Assembly (NCBI GenBank): GCA_031409335.1
Contig: JANNWY010000064.1
Span: 1-28,462 of the forward strand
Length of the DNA: 28,462 bases
Direction of reading: 5' to 3'
From: Chthoniobacteraceae bacterium
GTDB taxonomy: Bacteria > Verrucomicrobiota > Verrucomicrobiia > Chthoniobacterales > Chthoniobacteraceae
Positions 9,852 to 18,001 of the stretch are shown here, one piece after another; positions within the stretch are counted from its first letter, which is position 1, and every line of letters begins with the position of its first letter. The notes beneath the pieces are model-generated. The model was not told the DNA's origin, searched no databases, and was given only the letters and a program-made list of their open reading frames with translations. The translations under genes and the position numbers were made by a program.

Positions 9852-10722
9852 TCTCCCTTCCATCGCGGTCGTCACACCGTCGTTCAATCAGGCGCCGTTT
9901 CTCGAAATGGCGATCGAATCGGTGCTCGGCCAGCACTATCCGTTGCTCGAATATTTCATCGCGGATGGCGGCTCGACGGATGGCAGCGTGGAGATCATCT
10001 GGCGGCACGCATCGCGGCTCGCGGGCTGGGTGAGCGAGCGCGATGGCGGGCAGTATGCGGCGGTCGCGAATGGGTTTGCGCGGACGAATGGCGAGATTCT
10101 CGGCTGGTTGAACAGCGACGATGCGCTTGTGCCTGGCGCGCTTTCAGTGGTGGGCGAAATCTTCGCGCAGTTTCCGCAGATCGACTGGCTCACGACCACG
10201 CGCCCGATTTTCTGGGATGCACGTGGGCGCGCGGTGCGGTGTGAGGCGCTGGCGGGCTTCAGCCGCGCCGGATTTTTCACGGGCGAGCATTTGAAAAAGG
10301 AGGGCTGCTTCGACTTGGGATTCATCCAGCAGGAATCGACGTTCTGGCGGCGGAGCCTTTGGGAGAAGGCGGAGGGTTTTGACGGCGACTTTCCGCTAGC
10401 CGGGGACTTCGCGTTGTGGGCGCGTTTTTTCAAACACGCCGAGCTGTTCAGCATCGACGCGCCATTGGCGGGATTCCGATTGCACAACGAGCAAAAGACC
10501 GGGCAGCGCTTTTCCGAGTACTCGCGCGAAGCGGCAGCCGCGCTGGCGAAATACGGCGGCGCGCACGGCGGGAGTTTGCGTTTCATTTTGCGCGAATGCG
10601 CCCGCCGAATGCCTGCCGCGTGCTGGCCGGCGCTCGCAAGTGCGGGGCTGATGCATCGCTCGCATTGCGTCACCCGCGACTTGCGACGGGGTGTCTGGAC
10701 GATCGCCGAGCGCTTCGTTTAG
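9844..10722 (+). CDS. Glycosyltransferase family 2 (WfgS-like); start codon uncertain
   Basis: LPSIAVVTPSFNQ, DGGSTDGS, GWLNSDD, FIQQESTFWRR, GDFALW. The domain begins at ~9853; candidate starts are ATC 9844 or TTG 9778. Confidence 0.88.
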   Translation: MNNLPSIAVVTPSFNQAPFLEMAIESVLGQHYPLLEYFIADGGSTDGSVEIIWRHASRLAGWVSERDGGQYAAVANGFARTNGEILGWLNSDDALVPGALSVVGEIFAQFPQIDWLTTTRPIFWDARGRAVRCEALAGFSRAGFFTGEHLKKEGCFDLGFIQQESTFWRRSLWEKAEGFDGDFPLAGDFALWARFFKHAELFSIDAPLAGFRLHNEQKTGQRFSEYSREAAAALAKYGGAHGGSLRFILRECARRMPAACWPALASAGLMHRSHCVTRDLRRGVWTIAERFV

Positions 10723-10739
10723 CTTCGTTTCTTCCCGAG

Positions 10740-11543
10740 ATGTCCGAGCCCGTTGATTTTTTCATCCATGTCCCGAAGACCGCCGGCACGACGATGCTGC
10801 GGATCATCGAGGATCGTTATCTGCCGGGTTCGGTCGAGAGTTTGTATCTCGCGCCGCCCGAGGAAGCCGCGGCGCGCATCGCGGGCATCGGCCCGCAAAC
10901 GCGCATCGTCGCGGGGCATGTGGACTACGGATTCAGCAGACATTTTCCGGGAGCGTTCCGTGCGTTCGCGATGCTGCGCGAGCCGGTCGATCGCGCGATC
11001 TCGCTGTTCTATTTTGTGAAACGGGAAGCGTCGCATCCGTCGCATCAGGCGGTGCTCGAAGGCGCGATCACGATCGAGGAAATGTCGCGCGAACAAGGCG
11101 GGATGCAGGCGCGCTTCATCGCGGGCTATTCGCCGGCGGAGCCGGTCGATGACGAAACGCTGCTCGCGCGGGCGAAGCATCATCTGGTGGAGAAACTTGC
11201 GGTGTTCGGGCTGACGGAACGCTTCGATGAAACGCTGTTGCTTCTCACCAAGGCGCTCGGCTGGACGCTGCGCGGCTATGCGCGGATGAACGTGACCCGG
11301 CAGCGCCCAAGCAAGGATGCGACCGATCCCGCGCTGCTCGCCGCGATTCGCGAGGCCAGTGCCGTCGATGTCGCGCTTTACGAATTTGCGCGGGAGATTT
11401 TTGAAACGCGGATCGCCGGGCAGCCGCCGGAGTTTGCGGAAGAACTCGCCGCGCTGCGCCGCGACGCGCTGGTGGTGGATGGCGTGAGTCGCGTGCGCGA
11501 AGGCATTGGGTCGATCGCGCGGAAACTCGGGCTCGGGAAGTAG
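10740..11543 (+). CDS. Sulfotransferase family 2-like protein
   Basis: FIHVPKTAGTT (5'-PSB), MLREPVDRAISLF (3'-PB), GLTERFDETL, DVALYEFA. Confidence 0.88.
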   Translation: MSEPVDFFIHVPKTAGTTMLRIIEDRYLPGSVESLYLAPPEEAAARIAGIGPQTRIVAGHVDYGFSRHFPGAFRAFAMLREPVDRAISLFYFVKREASHPSHQAVLEGAITIEEMSREQGGMQARFIAGYSPAEPVDDETLLARAKHHLVEKLAVFGLTERFDETLLLLTKALGWTLRGYARMNVTRQRPSKDATDPALLAAIREASAVDVALYEFAREIFETRIAGQPPEFAEELAALRRDALVVDGVSRVREGIGSIARKLGLGK

Positions 11544-11544
11544 C

Positions 11545-12444
11545 GTGCGCATTTCGATCGTCACGCCGACGCTGAACCGCGCGCACTTTCTCGCGCAGGC
11601 GATCGAGAGCGTGCTGGCGCAAGGCGACGCGGATGTGGAGCACATCATCGTCGATGGCATGTCCACGGATGGCACGGTCGAGCTGCTCGCGCGGCATCCG
11701 CATCTGCGCGTGATCCGCGAGCCAGATGGCGGGCTTTACGACGCGCTGAACAAAGGGCTGCGCGCGGCGACGGGCGAGTGGATCGGGTGGCTGAACAGCG
11801 ATGATCTTTTTGCGGAGGACGCCTTTCGACGGGTGCGCGCGGCGGCGGCGGATTCGGCGGTCGAGGCGGTTCACGGGCGGGCGGAGATTTTTGTGGAAGG
11901 TGCCGCGGATGCTGTGTCCGCGCGGCTTGCGACGGCGAACAGGCTGAGCGCGGGGCGTCCGGAATTGACGGTCGGGAACGTGGCGCTTGGCGCTCCGAAT
12001 CCGAATGCCCGCTTTCTTCGCCGGAGCGTTTATGAGCGCGTTGGCTATTGCGAAACGCGGTATCGCGTCGCTTCGGATCGCGATTTCCTGCTGCGTGTCG
12101 CGCTGCTGAATCCGCGGGCGGCGATCCTCAACGAAGTCATGTATCGCTACCGCTGGCACGCGGAATCGCTCACCTTTGCCAATGACCCGGCGGGCGATGC
12201 GAAAGTGCGCGACGAGTATCTCGAGATCGCGGAGCGCTTCCTCGCGCGCGTGGATTTGCCCGACGCGGCGCGGCCGCCCCTGCGGCGCTGGCATCAGCGC
12301 GAGAGCGCCACGTCGGCGATGGCGCAATTGCTCGCTGGCAAACTGCGCGGATGCGCCGGATACGCGCGGCGCGGCTTTCGGATGAACGCGGCGTGGCCGC
12401 TGATGTTTGCGCGGCACGTCTGCGGAGCACTGCTGGGGCGATGA
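11545..12444 (+). CDS. Glycosyltransferase family 2
   Basis: ISIVTPTLN, VDGMSTDGT, EPDGGLYDALNKG, WLNSDD, ASDRDF. GTG start 1 nt after the upstream TAG. Confidence 0.9.
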   Translation: MRISIVTPTLNRAHFLAQAIESVLAQGDADVEHIIVDGMSTDGTVELLARHPHLRVIREPDGGLYDALNKGLRAATGEWIGWLNSDDLFAEDAFRRVRAAAADSAVEAVHGRAEIFVEGAADAVSARLATANRLSAGRPELTVGNVALGAPNPNARFLRRSVYERVGYCETRYRVASDRDFLLRVALLNPRAAILNEVMYRYRWHAESLTFANDPAGDAKVRDEYLEIAERFLARVDLPDAARPPLRRWHQRESATSAMAQLLAGKLRGCAGYARRGFRMNAAWPLMFARHVCGALLGR

Positions 12445-13343
12445 TCAGCGTCATCCTTCCCGTTTTCAATCGCGCGGCCACGCTGGCGCGTTGCGTCGAG
12501 AGTGTGCGGGCGCAGACGTTTGCGGATTGGGAATTGATCGCGGTCGATGATGGATCGTCGGACGATTCGGTTCGCGTCCTGGAATCGTTCGAAGATGCGC
12601 GGATGCGCGTGATCCGGCACGAGCGAAATCGCGGGCCGAGCGCGGCGCGAAACACCGCGATCGAAGCGGCGCGCGGTGAGTATCTCGCGTTGATCGATTC
12701 GGACGACGAGTGGCTGCCGCGCAAGCTGGAGAGCCAGATGGCGCGAATGCAAAGCGGTGAATGCGAACTTTGCGGGTGCGAATATTTTCTGGTTGCGAAC
12801 GGCGCGGACACGCGCGTGACTTTTCGCACCCCGCCATCTTGGGCGGAGGTGCTGCACACAAAATGCGAACTCGGAAATGGGACGACGCTGGTGCTGCGGC
12901 GCGAGTGTGCGGCGGCGGTGGGGGCGCTGGATGAGCGGCTGCGCGTTTACGAGGATTGGGACTGGATGCTGCGGCTCGTGCAGCGATTTCGGTATGTCGT
13001 CGTGCCCGAGCCACTCGCGCGCGTCCATGCGGGCGGGCCGCGTTCAGCGCAGGCGTTTGCGGATGCAGCCGAGGTTTTTCTCGCGAAACACGCCGCGGAG
13101 TTCGCGCGCCTGGGCGCGGCGCATCACGCGTGGGTGCGCGGGAAACATTTCGAAAACGTGGCGGCAAATGCCTACGCGAATCGCGATTTTCGGCTGGGCT
13201 CGCGGTACTTGCTGAAATCGTTCGCGGCGAATTCGCGGCAAAGCCCGGCGCGGCTCGGGGCGCTCGCACTCGCGCCGGTGGATGCCCTTTTCGGCACGTC
13301 GTTTATCCATCGCGTCGCGAGTTGGCGGCGTGGCGCGACTTGA
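12441..13343 (+). CDS. Glycosyltransferase family 2
   Basis: ISVILPVFNR, VDDGSSD, NRGPSAARN, LIDSDD, YEDWDW. ATGA overlap with the upstream gene. Confidence 0.92.
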   Translation: MISVILPVFNRAATLARCVESVRAQTFADWELIAVDDGSSDDSVRVLESFEDARMRVIRHERNRGPSAARNTAIEAARGEYLALIDSDDEWLPRKLESQMARMQSGECELCGCEYFLVANGADTRVTFRTPPSWAEVLHTKCELGNGTTLVLRRECAAAVGALDERLRVYEDWDWMLRLVQRFRYVVVPEPLARVHAGGPRSAQAFADAAEVFLAKHAAEFARLGAAHHAWVRGKHFENVAANAYANRDFRLGSRYLLKSFAANSRQSPARLGALALAPVDALFGTSFIHRVASWRRGAT

Positions 13344-13512
13344 GTTCCGCGACGAAGGCGGAATGTTTCGCGCCGCGCAGACCGCGCCGGAGTGTGACGA
13401 AAATTTTTGGGGCGTTGTCCGCCAGGGCGGCGTGTACGTCGAGCCACAAGCCGGGGAAGACGCGGCTGCGCAACACCGCCGCGAAACGTTCGGCAAGGGC
13501 AGTCGCGATCAC
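13303..13512 (-). pseudogene. Internally deleted Uma2 (DUF820)-family endonuclease remnant, 69-aa ORF
   Basis: VLRSRVFPGLWLDVHAAL...LRRGLRGAKHSAFVAEL resembles, from memory, the C-terminus of a Uma2 subfamily (LRSxVFPGLWLD...GLASPEHAAFV). The PD-(D/E)xK core is absent. Confidence 0.7.
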
Positions 13513-13518
13513 GGTGAA

Positions 13519-13547
13519 AGGATGGCTCCGACGCCGCACTCTGTCGA
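13519..13547 (-). promoter_or_regulatory. Sigma70-type leaderless promoter of the Uma2 remnant
   Basis: Minus strand reads TCGACA-N17-CATCCT-N6-GTG(13512). Confidence 0.5.
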
Positions 13548-13599
13548 GTTTGCGCGCTGCTTCTTGCCGCGCGTGGCGTCTCCGCATTCACTGGCGGCG

Positions 13600-14700
13600 A
13601 TGAAGCTTCTTTTTCTCTCCAGCTACGCGCATCTGGCGCTCGATCCGGCTGAGACGCACGTGTCGGGCGGCGCGGAATTGCAGGTGGCGCTGATGGCGCG
13701 GGAGCTGGTGGCGCGCGGGCATGATTGCGTGCTGGTTTGCGGCGATCACGGGCAGGCGGATGATCGTGTCTTGCAAGGTGTGCGGGCGCGGGTGGGCGGG
13801 AAATTTCAGACCGGCGGACTGGCGGATACGCTGCGCGCGGTGCCGCGCGTTTTTCGCATCATCGCCGAAGAGCGGCCGGATTTTACTTTCGTGTTTGGCT
13901 GGACGACGTGGCTGTTTTTCCTGCTCTGGCCGCGGCGGCGCGGGCACACGCGGCTGGGTTTTACGTGCATGCTCGACACCGAGGTGAATGGCGAATTTCG
14001 CCGCGAGAATCCGGTGCGCGGCGCGCTGTTCGAGCAGGGCATCCGGCGCGCGGATGTGCGCCATGCGATCACGGATTACGAAGTGGAATGCTTCGGGCGC
14101 ATGGGGCTCGATTGCACGCTGTATCGTCCGCTCATCATGCCGCGCACTTCGCCGCGGGTCGTGGAAAAGAGCATCGACTTTCTGTGGGTCGCGCGCTGCC
14201 AGGAGATCAAGCGTCCCCATGCGTTTCTCGATCTTTGTGAAGCGCTGCCGGAAGCGCGTTGCGTGATGATTTCCCCCAATGAAAACGCCGCGCTGTGGCA
14301 GAGCATCGCGGACCGCGCGGCGACGCTGAAAAATGTGCGCCTGATCGAGCGCGTGCCTTACGGTGAAGCGCAGGCGTGGTACGATCGCGCGGCGGTGTTC
14401 GTGAACACTTCGACTTGGGAGGGTTTTGCGAACTCATTCATCCAAGCGGGGCAGGGCGGCGCGGCGATTCTTTCGTTGAGCGTGAATACGGACCGGCTGC
14501 TGACGCGGTTCAGCGCCGGGATTTGCGCGGACGGCGACGCGACGCGCTTCCGCGATGCTGCGCGCTCGCTTTTGCACGACGCGGATTTGCGATGCACGAT
14601 GCAGGCGGGCGCGGAACGTTTCGTGGCAGAGTGGCACGACAATGCGCGCAACGTGGACCTGTTTCTTTCGGCGCTTTCCGATACGAAACCCGCGCGATGA
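13600..14700 (+). CDS. Glycosyltransferase family 4 (GT-B)
   Basis: MKLLFLS, GGAELQ, WVARCQEIKRP, VNTSTWEGFANSFIQA. Confidence 0.88.
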   Translation: MKLLFLSSYAHLALDPAETHVSGGAELQVALMARELVARGHDCVLVCGDHGQADDRVLQGVRARVGGKFQTGGLADTLRAVPRVFRIIAEERPDFTFVFGWTTWLFFLLWPRRRGHTRLGFTCMLDTEVNGEFRRENPVRGALFEQGIRRADVRHAITDYEVECFGRMGLDCTLYRPLIMPRTSPRVVEKSIDFLWVARCQEIKRPHAFLDLCEALPEARCVMISPNENAALWQSIADRAATLKNVRLIERVPYGEAQAWYDRAAVFVNTSTWEGFANSFIQAGQGGAAILSLSVNTDRLLTRFSAGICADGDATRFRDAARSLLHDADLRCTMQAGAERFVAEWHDNARNVDLFLSALSDTKPAR

Positions 14701-15647
14701 ACCGCCATTTCGACAGCCGCGAACGGTGTCCCTGCTGCGATGCGGCGGGCGGCGCGCCGCTTTTTGAAAAGCCGTTTTGCAGCCCGCCGATCCGTGAATA
14801 TCTGGAGACGTTTTATTCGCCGCAGGGCGGCGTGGAATTCGAGTTTCTCGAGGGCGCGAACTTCACGCTGATCGAGTGCCCGAGTTGCGGATTGATTTTC
14901 CAAAAACACATCGCGAACGACGCGCTGATGGGGCGGCTCTACGATCGGTGGATCGATCCGGTGAAGGTTTTCGCGGTGATCGACGGGCGGCAGGACGCGG
15001 CCTATTTCATGTCGCTCGCGAAGCAGGTGGCGAATGTGGTGACGTGGTTTCGCAAGCTGCCTGCCGAGCTGAGTTGCCTGGATTTCGGGATGGGCTGGGG
15101 CCACTGGTGCCGCACCGCGCGAGGGTTTGGGTGCGACGTGGCGGGCGCGGAATTGTCGGAGGCGCGGATCGCCTTTGCGCAGAAATCGGGGCTGCGGGTG
15201 ATCGCTCCGGGCGAGATCGCGGATCATCGTTTTGACTATATCCACACGGAACAAGTCTTCGAACACATCCCGCATCCGTTCGCGACGCTGACCGAGCTGA
15301 AACGCGCGCTGAAACCCGGCGGGCTGATTCGCATCAGCGTTCCCGATGGGTGGAACATCAAGCGAAAGCTGGCGCGCGGTCGGTGGCTCGCGGCGAAGGG
15401 TTCCGGCGACTCGTTGAACGCGGTCGCGCCGCTCGAGCACATCAATTGTTTCCACTACGAAGTGATCGTCCGTCTGGCAAAACGCGCGGGTTTGGAAGAG
15501 CGAATCGTGCCCGACGTGCATTCGACTTCGCTGGTGGATGCGCTGCGCGATTTGGTGAAACCGCACTACTTCCGACTGCGCGGACGGCGCGACACGGCGC
15601 TGTATTTTGGCGATGCACCAATCGATTCGGGAAATGCCGATCGGTAA
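14697..15647 (+). CDS. Class I SAM methyltransferase with N-terminal CxxC...CxxC zinc-binding region
   Basis: CPCC...CPSCGLIF, LDFGMGWG, EQVFEHIPHP, LKPGGLIRISVP, PLEHINCF. ATGA overlap with the upstream gene. Confidence 0.88.
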   Translation: MNRHFDSRERCPCCDAAGGAPLFEKPFCSPPIREYLETFYSPQGGVEFEFLEGANFTLIECPSCGLIFQKHIANDALMGRLYDRWIDPVKVFAVIDGRQDAAYFMSLAKQVANVVTWFRKLPAELSCLDFGMGWGHWCRTARGFGCDVAGAELSEARIAFAQKSGLRVIAPGEIADHRFDYIHTEQVFEHIPHPFATLTELKRALKPGGLIRISVPDGWNIKRKLARGRWLAAKGSGDSLNAVAPLEHINCFHYEVIVRLAKRAGLEERIVPDVHSTSLVDALRDLVKPHYFRLRGRRDTALYFGDAPIDSGNADR

Positions 15648-15762
15648 TTGCGCTGGCTAAGTGCCGCGGTTTTCCGCGATTCTCCATATTGCCAGTGGAG
15701 CATCCATTGGTGACCGTCCCCAATAGCGGTCCAACCATCCAAACCAAAAACGAAATCCAATC

Positions 15763-16155
15763 ATGAAACTAAATCCCCTGTTCGCCATTGCTGCCGCCGC
15801 TTCGTTCGCCCTCGCCGGGTGTGACAAACCGACGACCGCGCTCGACGAAAAAGCCGGTGAAATCAAAGCTGCCGCCGACAAGAAAATCGACGAAGCCAAA
15901 GACATGGCGAAGGAGAAAGCTCCCGCCGCCGCTGCCGCGGTGGACAAAGTCGCCGCGGAAGCGAAGAACGCCGCCGCAAAGGCAGTGGACGCGACCAAAG
16001 ACGCTGCCGATAAAGCGCTCGGCGCCGCGAAAGATGGCGCTGCAAAGGCCAGCGACGCAGCCGACAAGGCCGTGGACGCGACGAAAGATGCCGCTGCGAA
16101 GGCTGCCGACGCGGTGAAAGACGCCGTGCCGCCATTGCCGGACGCTCCGAAGTAG
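15763..16155 (+). CDS. Ala/Lys/Asp-rich lipoprotein with 11-residue repeats (LEA-like)
   Basis: Signal peptide with lipobox LAGC; repeats AAAKAVDATKD / AADKALGAAKD / AADKAVDATKD / AAAKAADAVKD; A-rich leader; own terminator. Confidence 0.85.
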   Translation: MKLNPLFAIAAAASFALAGCDKPTTALDEKAGEIKAAADKKIDEAKDMAKEKAPAAAAAVDKVAAEAKNAAAKAVDATKDAADKALGAAKDGAAKASDAADKAVDATKDAAAKAADAVKDAVPPLPDAPK

Positions 16156-16181
16156 TCGTCGCCGCACGATTCGCAAATTTT

Positions 16182-16217
16182 CAGCCCCGGTCGCGCAAGC
16201 GTGGCCGGGGCTGTTTT
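16182..16217 (+). terminator. Rho-independent terminator of the lipoprotein gene
   Basis: CAGCCCCGG...CCGGGGCTG stem with further G-U pairs, followed by TTTT. Confidence 0.8.
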
Positions 16218-16225
16218 GCGTCTGG

Positions 16226-16254
16226 TGGATGGCGTTGCGCCGTCGCGCCATCCA
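16226..16254. terminator. Second hairpin between convergent genes, possibly terminating the minus-strand gene
   Basis: Perfect 9-bp inverted repeat TGGATGGCG / CGCCATCCA just beyond the stop at 16262; no clear U-tract. Confidence 0.4.
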
Positions 16255-16261
16255 GCTTGTG

Positions 16262-17911
16262 TTATTCGAGCGGCTTAAAGCCCACGCCTTCGTGCGTGAG
16301 CACTTCGAAAATGTGGCGGAGCAGCGTGCGGTAGTGCGCCTGCACGACGACGTCATTGGTCTCGCGCTCGAGCGCCACGAAATCCTCGTAGTCTTCCTGG
16401 AGCTTCAGCGCGAGCAGGGCGCGGAGCGCGGCGTCGGGATCGACTGGCTGATCGGTGGTGATCCCGGAACTGGCGGCGCGGTCTTCCGAGTCGGCGGTGA
16501 GATCGTCGATGCGCTGCTGGAGTTCGGCGTTGCGCGCTTCGAGTTGGATGTTGAGCCGGGCCAGCTCGTCGGAAGTCGGCTCGCCCTCGATGATCGGCGC
16601 GCTGCTGCGCTCGGGGCGACGCGAGCGCCGGTCCGTGTCGCGATCCTTGAGTTTGCTCTGCGCGGTTTTGAGTTCGTTGCGCAGGTAAGCGACGTGGGCG
16701 TCGATCAGCCGCAGCGATTCGGAGACATTCAGATTCGCCGCGGATTGGCCGCCGCGCTGGGGACGTGAAGATTCGCGCTGCGCTGGTTCACGCGGCTCAC
16801 GCGGCTCACGCGGTTCCCGAGGCTCGCGCGCAGGCTGGTTGACGGGCGCTTCGTCGCGCGATGGCATCGTTTTCGAAACATAGACGGGATACTGCCGCGC
16901 CGTCTTTGTCGCGCCATCTTCGCGATCACCATCGTCTTCGTCATCATCCGCGTCGCGATTCTCAGCATCCTGCGCCGCGGGCTCGCCGCCGGTTCCGCCG
17001 TTGGCGGGAAGATCTTCCGCAGACTCTGGAGCTGGCGCGGCAAGCAAGGCGGCGATTTCTTCGGGCAGGCTGGCGACTTCACGCCGCAGCGCGCCCTGCC
17101 ATTTCGCGGTCCAGCGACCGAGCCCGTTTTTCACGGCTTCGAGCGCGGCCTCGTGCAGTTTTTCCAGGCGTCCGGCCTCGGCAGCCCACTTCAGCACGCC
17201 GAGCTGCGTGACCGGCGGATGCGGCAGCGTGAAAACGGTGAGCAGCGCGCAATGCACCAGCGCATTGGCATCGGCCGGCTTCAAATCCGCGAGCGGGAAA
17301 CCGGCGAGCCACGGTTTGGCGCGACCGATGAAGACGCTCGCGAACATCTGCGCATCCTTTTGCTGCAAAGCACCGGATTCCTTTTCCCGGAGATCGCGGG
17401 CCACGCCCACGGCGAGCTTCGCGGCGGATGCCACGTCCTGTTTGAAAAGACCACGCGCGAGACTCAGGCGCAGCCGGCGCGCGGAGTCGCCTTCGTCTTT
17501 GGAAAGACCGGAAAAGAGCTGGGTGCGAAAGCCCGCCGTCAGCTCCGGCCACGCCGCGGCGACGCCGTTCACCGCGACCATCCACGCAAATTTCGGCAGC
17601 AGCTCGAGCACGAAAGTCACACCCGCGCGGCCATCGAGCAGGCATTCCTTGATCGCCTGCGCCGCGCGCGCTTCATCGGCAGCGGAAAGGCGTCCCTTTT
17701 CCGCCAGCACAGCCAGCTCGGTGAGCGTGTCTTTCGGCGAAGCCAGCTCGCCAAGCTCGGCTGGCGCAGCGTCGGCGGGAGTGTCCTCCGCGGGCGCGGA
17801 ATCCTCGAAACCCGCGTCGGCAGATGCTTCCGCAATCGGAGCCGCATCGTGTGGCGGACTTTCGAGCGGTAGTTCCGGCGTCGTGTTGTCGTCTGGCAAA
17901 GTGGATTCCAT
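16262..17911 (-). CDS. Hypothetical protein: acidic N-terminal tail, helical-repeat-like core, disordered linker, C-terminal coiled coil
   Basis: 549-aa ORF with natural composition and an ATG start; no family recognised. Confidence 0.8.
   Translation of the reverse strand: MESTLPDDNTTPELPLESPPHDAAPIAEASADAGFEDSAPAEDTPADAAPAELGELASPKDTLTELAVLAEKGRLSAADEARAAQAIKECLLDGRAGVTFVLELLPKFAWMVAVNGVAAAWPELTAGFRTQLFSGLSKDEGDSARRLRLSLARGLFKQDVASAAKLAVGVARDLREKESGALQQKDAQMFASVFIGRAKPWLAGFPLADLKPADANALVHCALLTVFTLPHPPVTQLGVLKWAAEAGRLEKLHEAALEAVKNGLGRWTAKWQGALRREVASLPEEIAALLAAPAPESAEDLPANGGTGGEPAAQDAENRDADDDEDDGDREDGATKTARQYPVYVSKTMPSRDEAPVNQPAREPREPREPREPREPAQRESSRPQRGGQSAANLNVSESLRLIDAHVAYLRNELKTAQSKLKDRDTDRRSRRPERSSAPIIEGEPTSDELARLNIQLEARNAELQQRIDDLTADSEDRAASSGITTDQPVDPDAALRALLALKLQEDYEDFVALERETNDVVVQAHYRTLLRHIFEVLTHEGVGFKPLE
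16785..16829 (-). repeat. Coding 9-bp tandem repeat x5 encoding (REP)5
   Basis: Plus-strand units ggttcacgc, ggctcacgc, ggctcacgc, ggttcccga, ggctcgcgc. Confidence 0.85.
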
Positions 17912-17962
17912 GGGTGCTTTTGGTGGCGACTAATGAGCGCGTGCGATGTGCCAAACGCGAGG

Positions 17963-18001
17963 AAAAAAGCGCGCGAGCCCGCTGCCGCAGGCAACGGGCT
18001 C
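17963..18001 (-). terminator. Rho-independent terminator, minus strand
   Basis: 12-bp stem 17975-17986/17990-18001; its single plus-strand C-A mismatch is a G-U pair on the minus strand; T6 follows after 6 nt. Confidence 0.65.

Noticed and set aside
10712..10730. Direct repeat GCTTCGTTT-A-GCTTCGTTT at the GT2/sulfotransferase junction
   Set aside because: Only two 9-bp copies, with no element between them to make it a target-site duplication.
13282..13599. 106-aa N-terminal extension of the GT4 ORF in the ORF track
   Set aside because: The GT-B fold starts at MKLLFLS (13600); the extension is the antisense of the Uma2 remnant.
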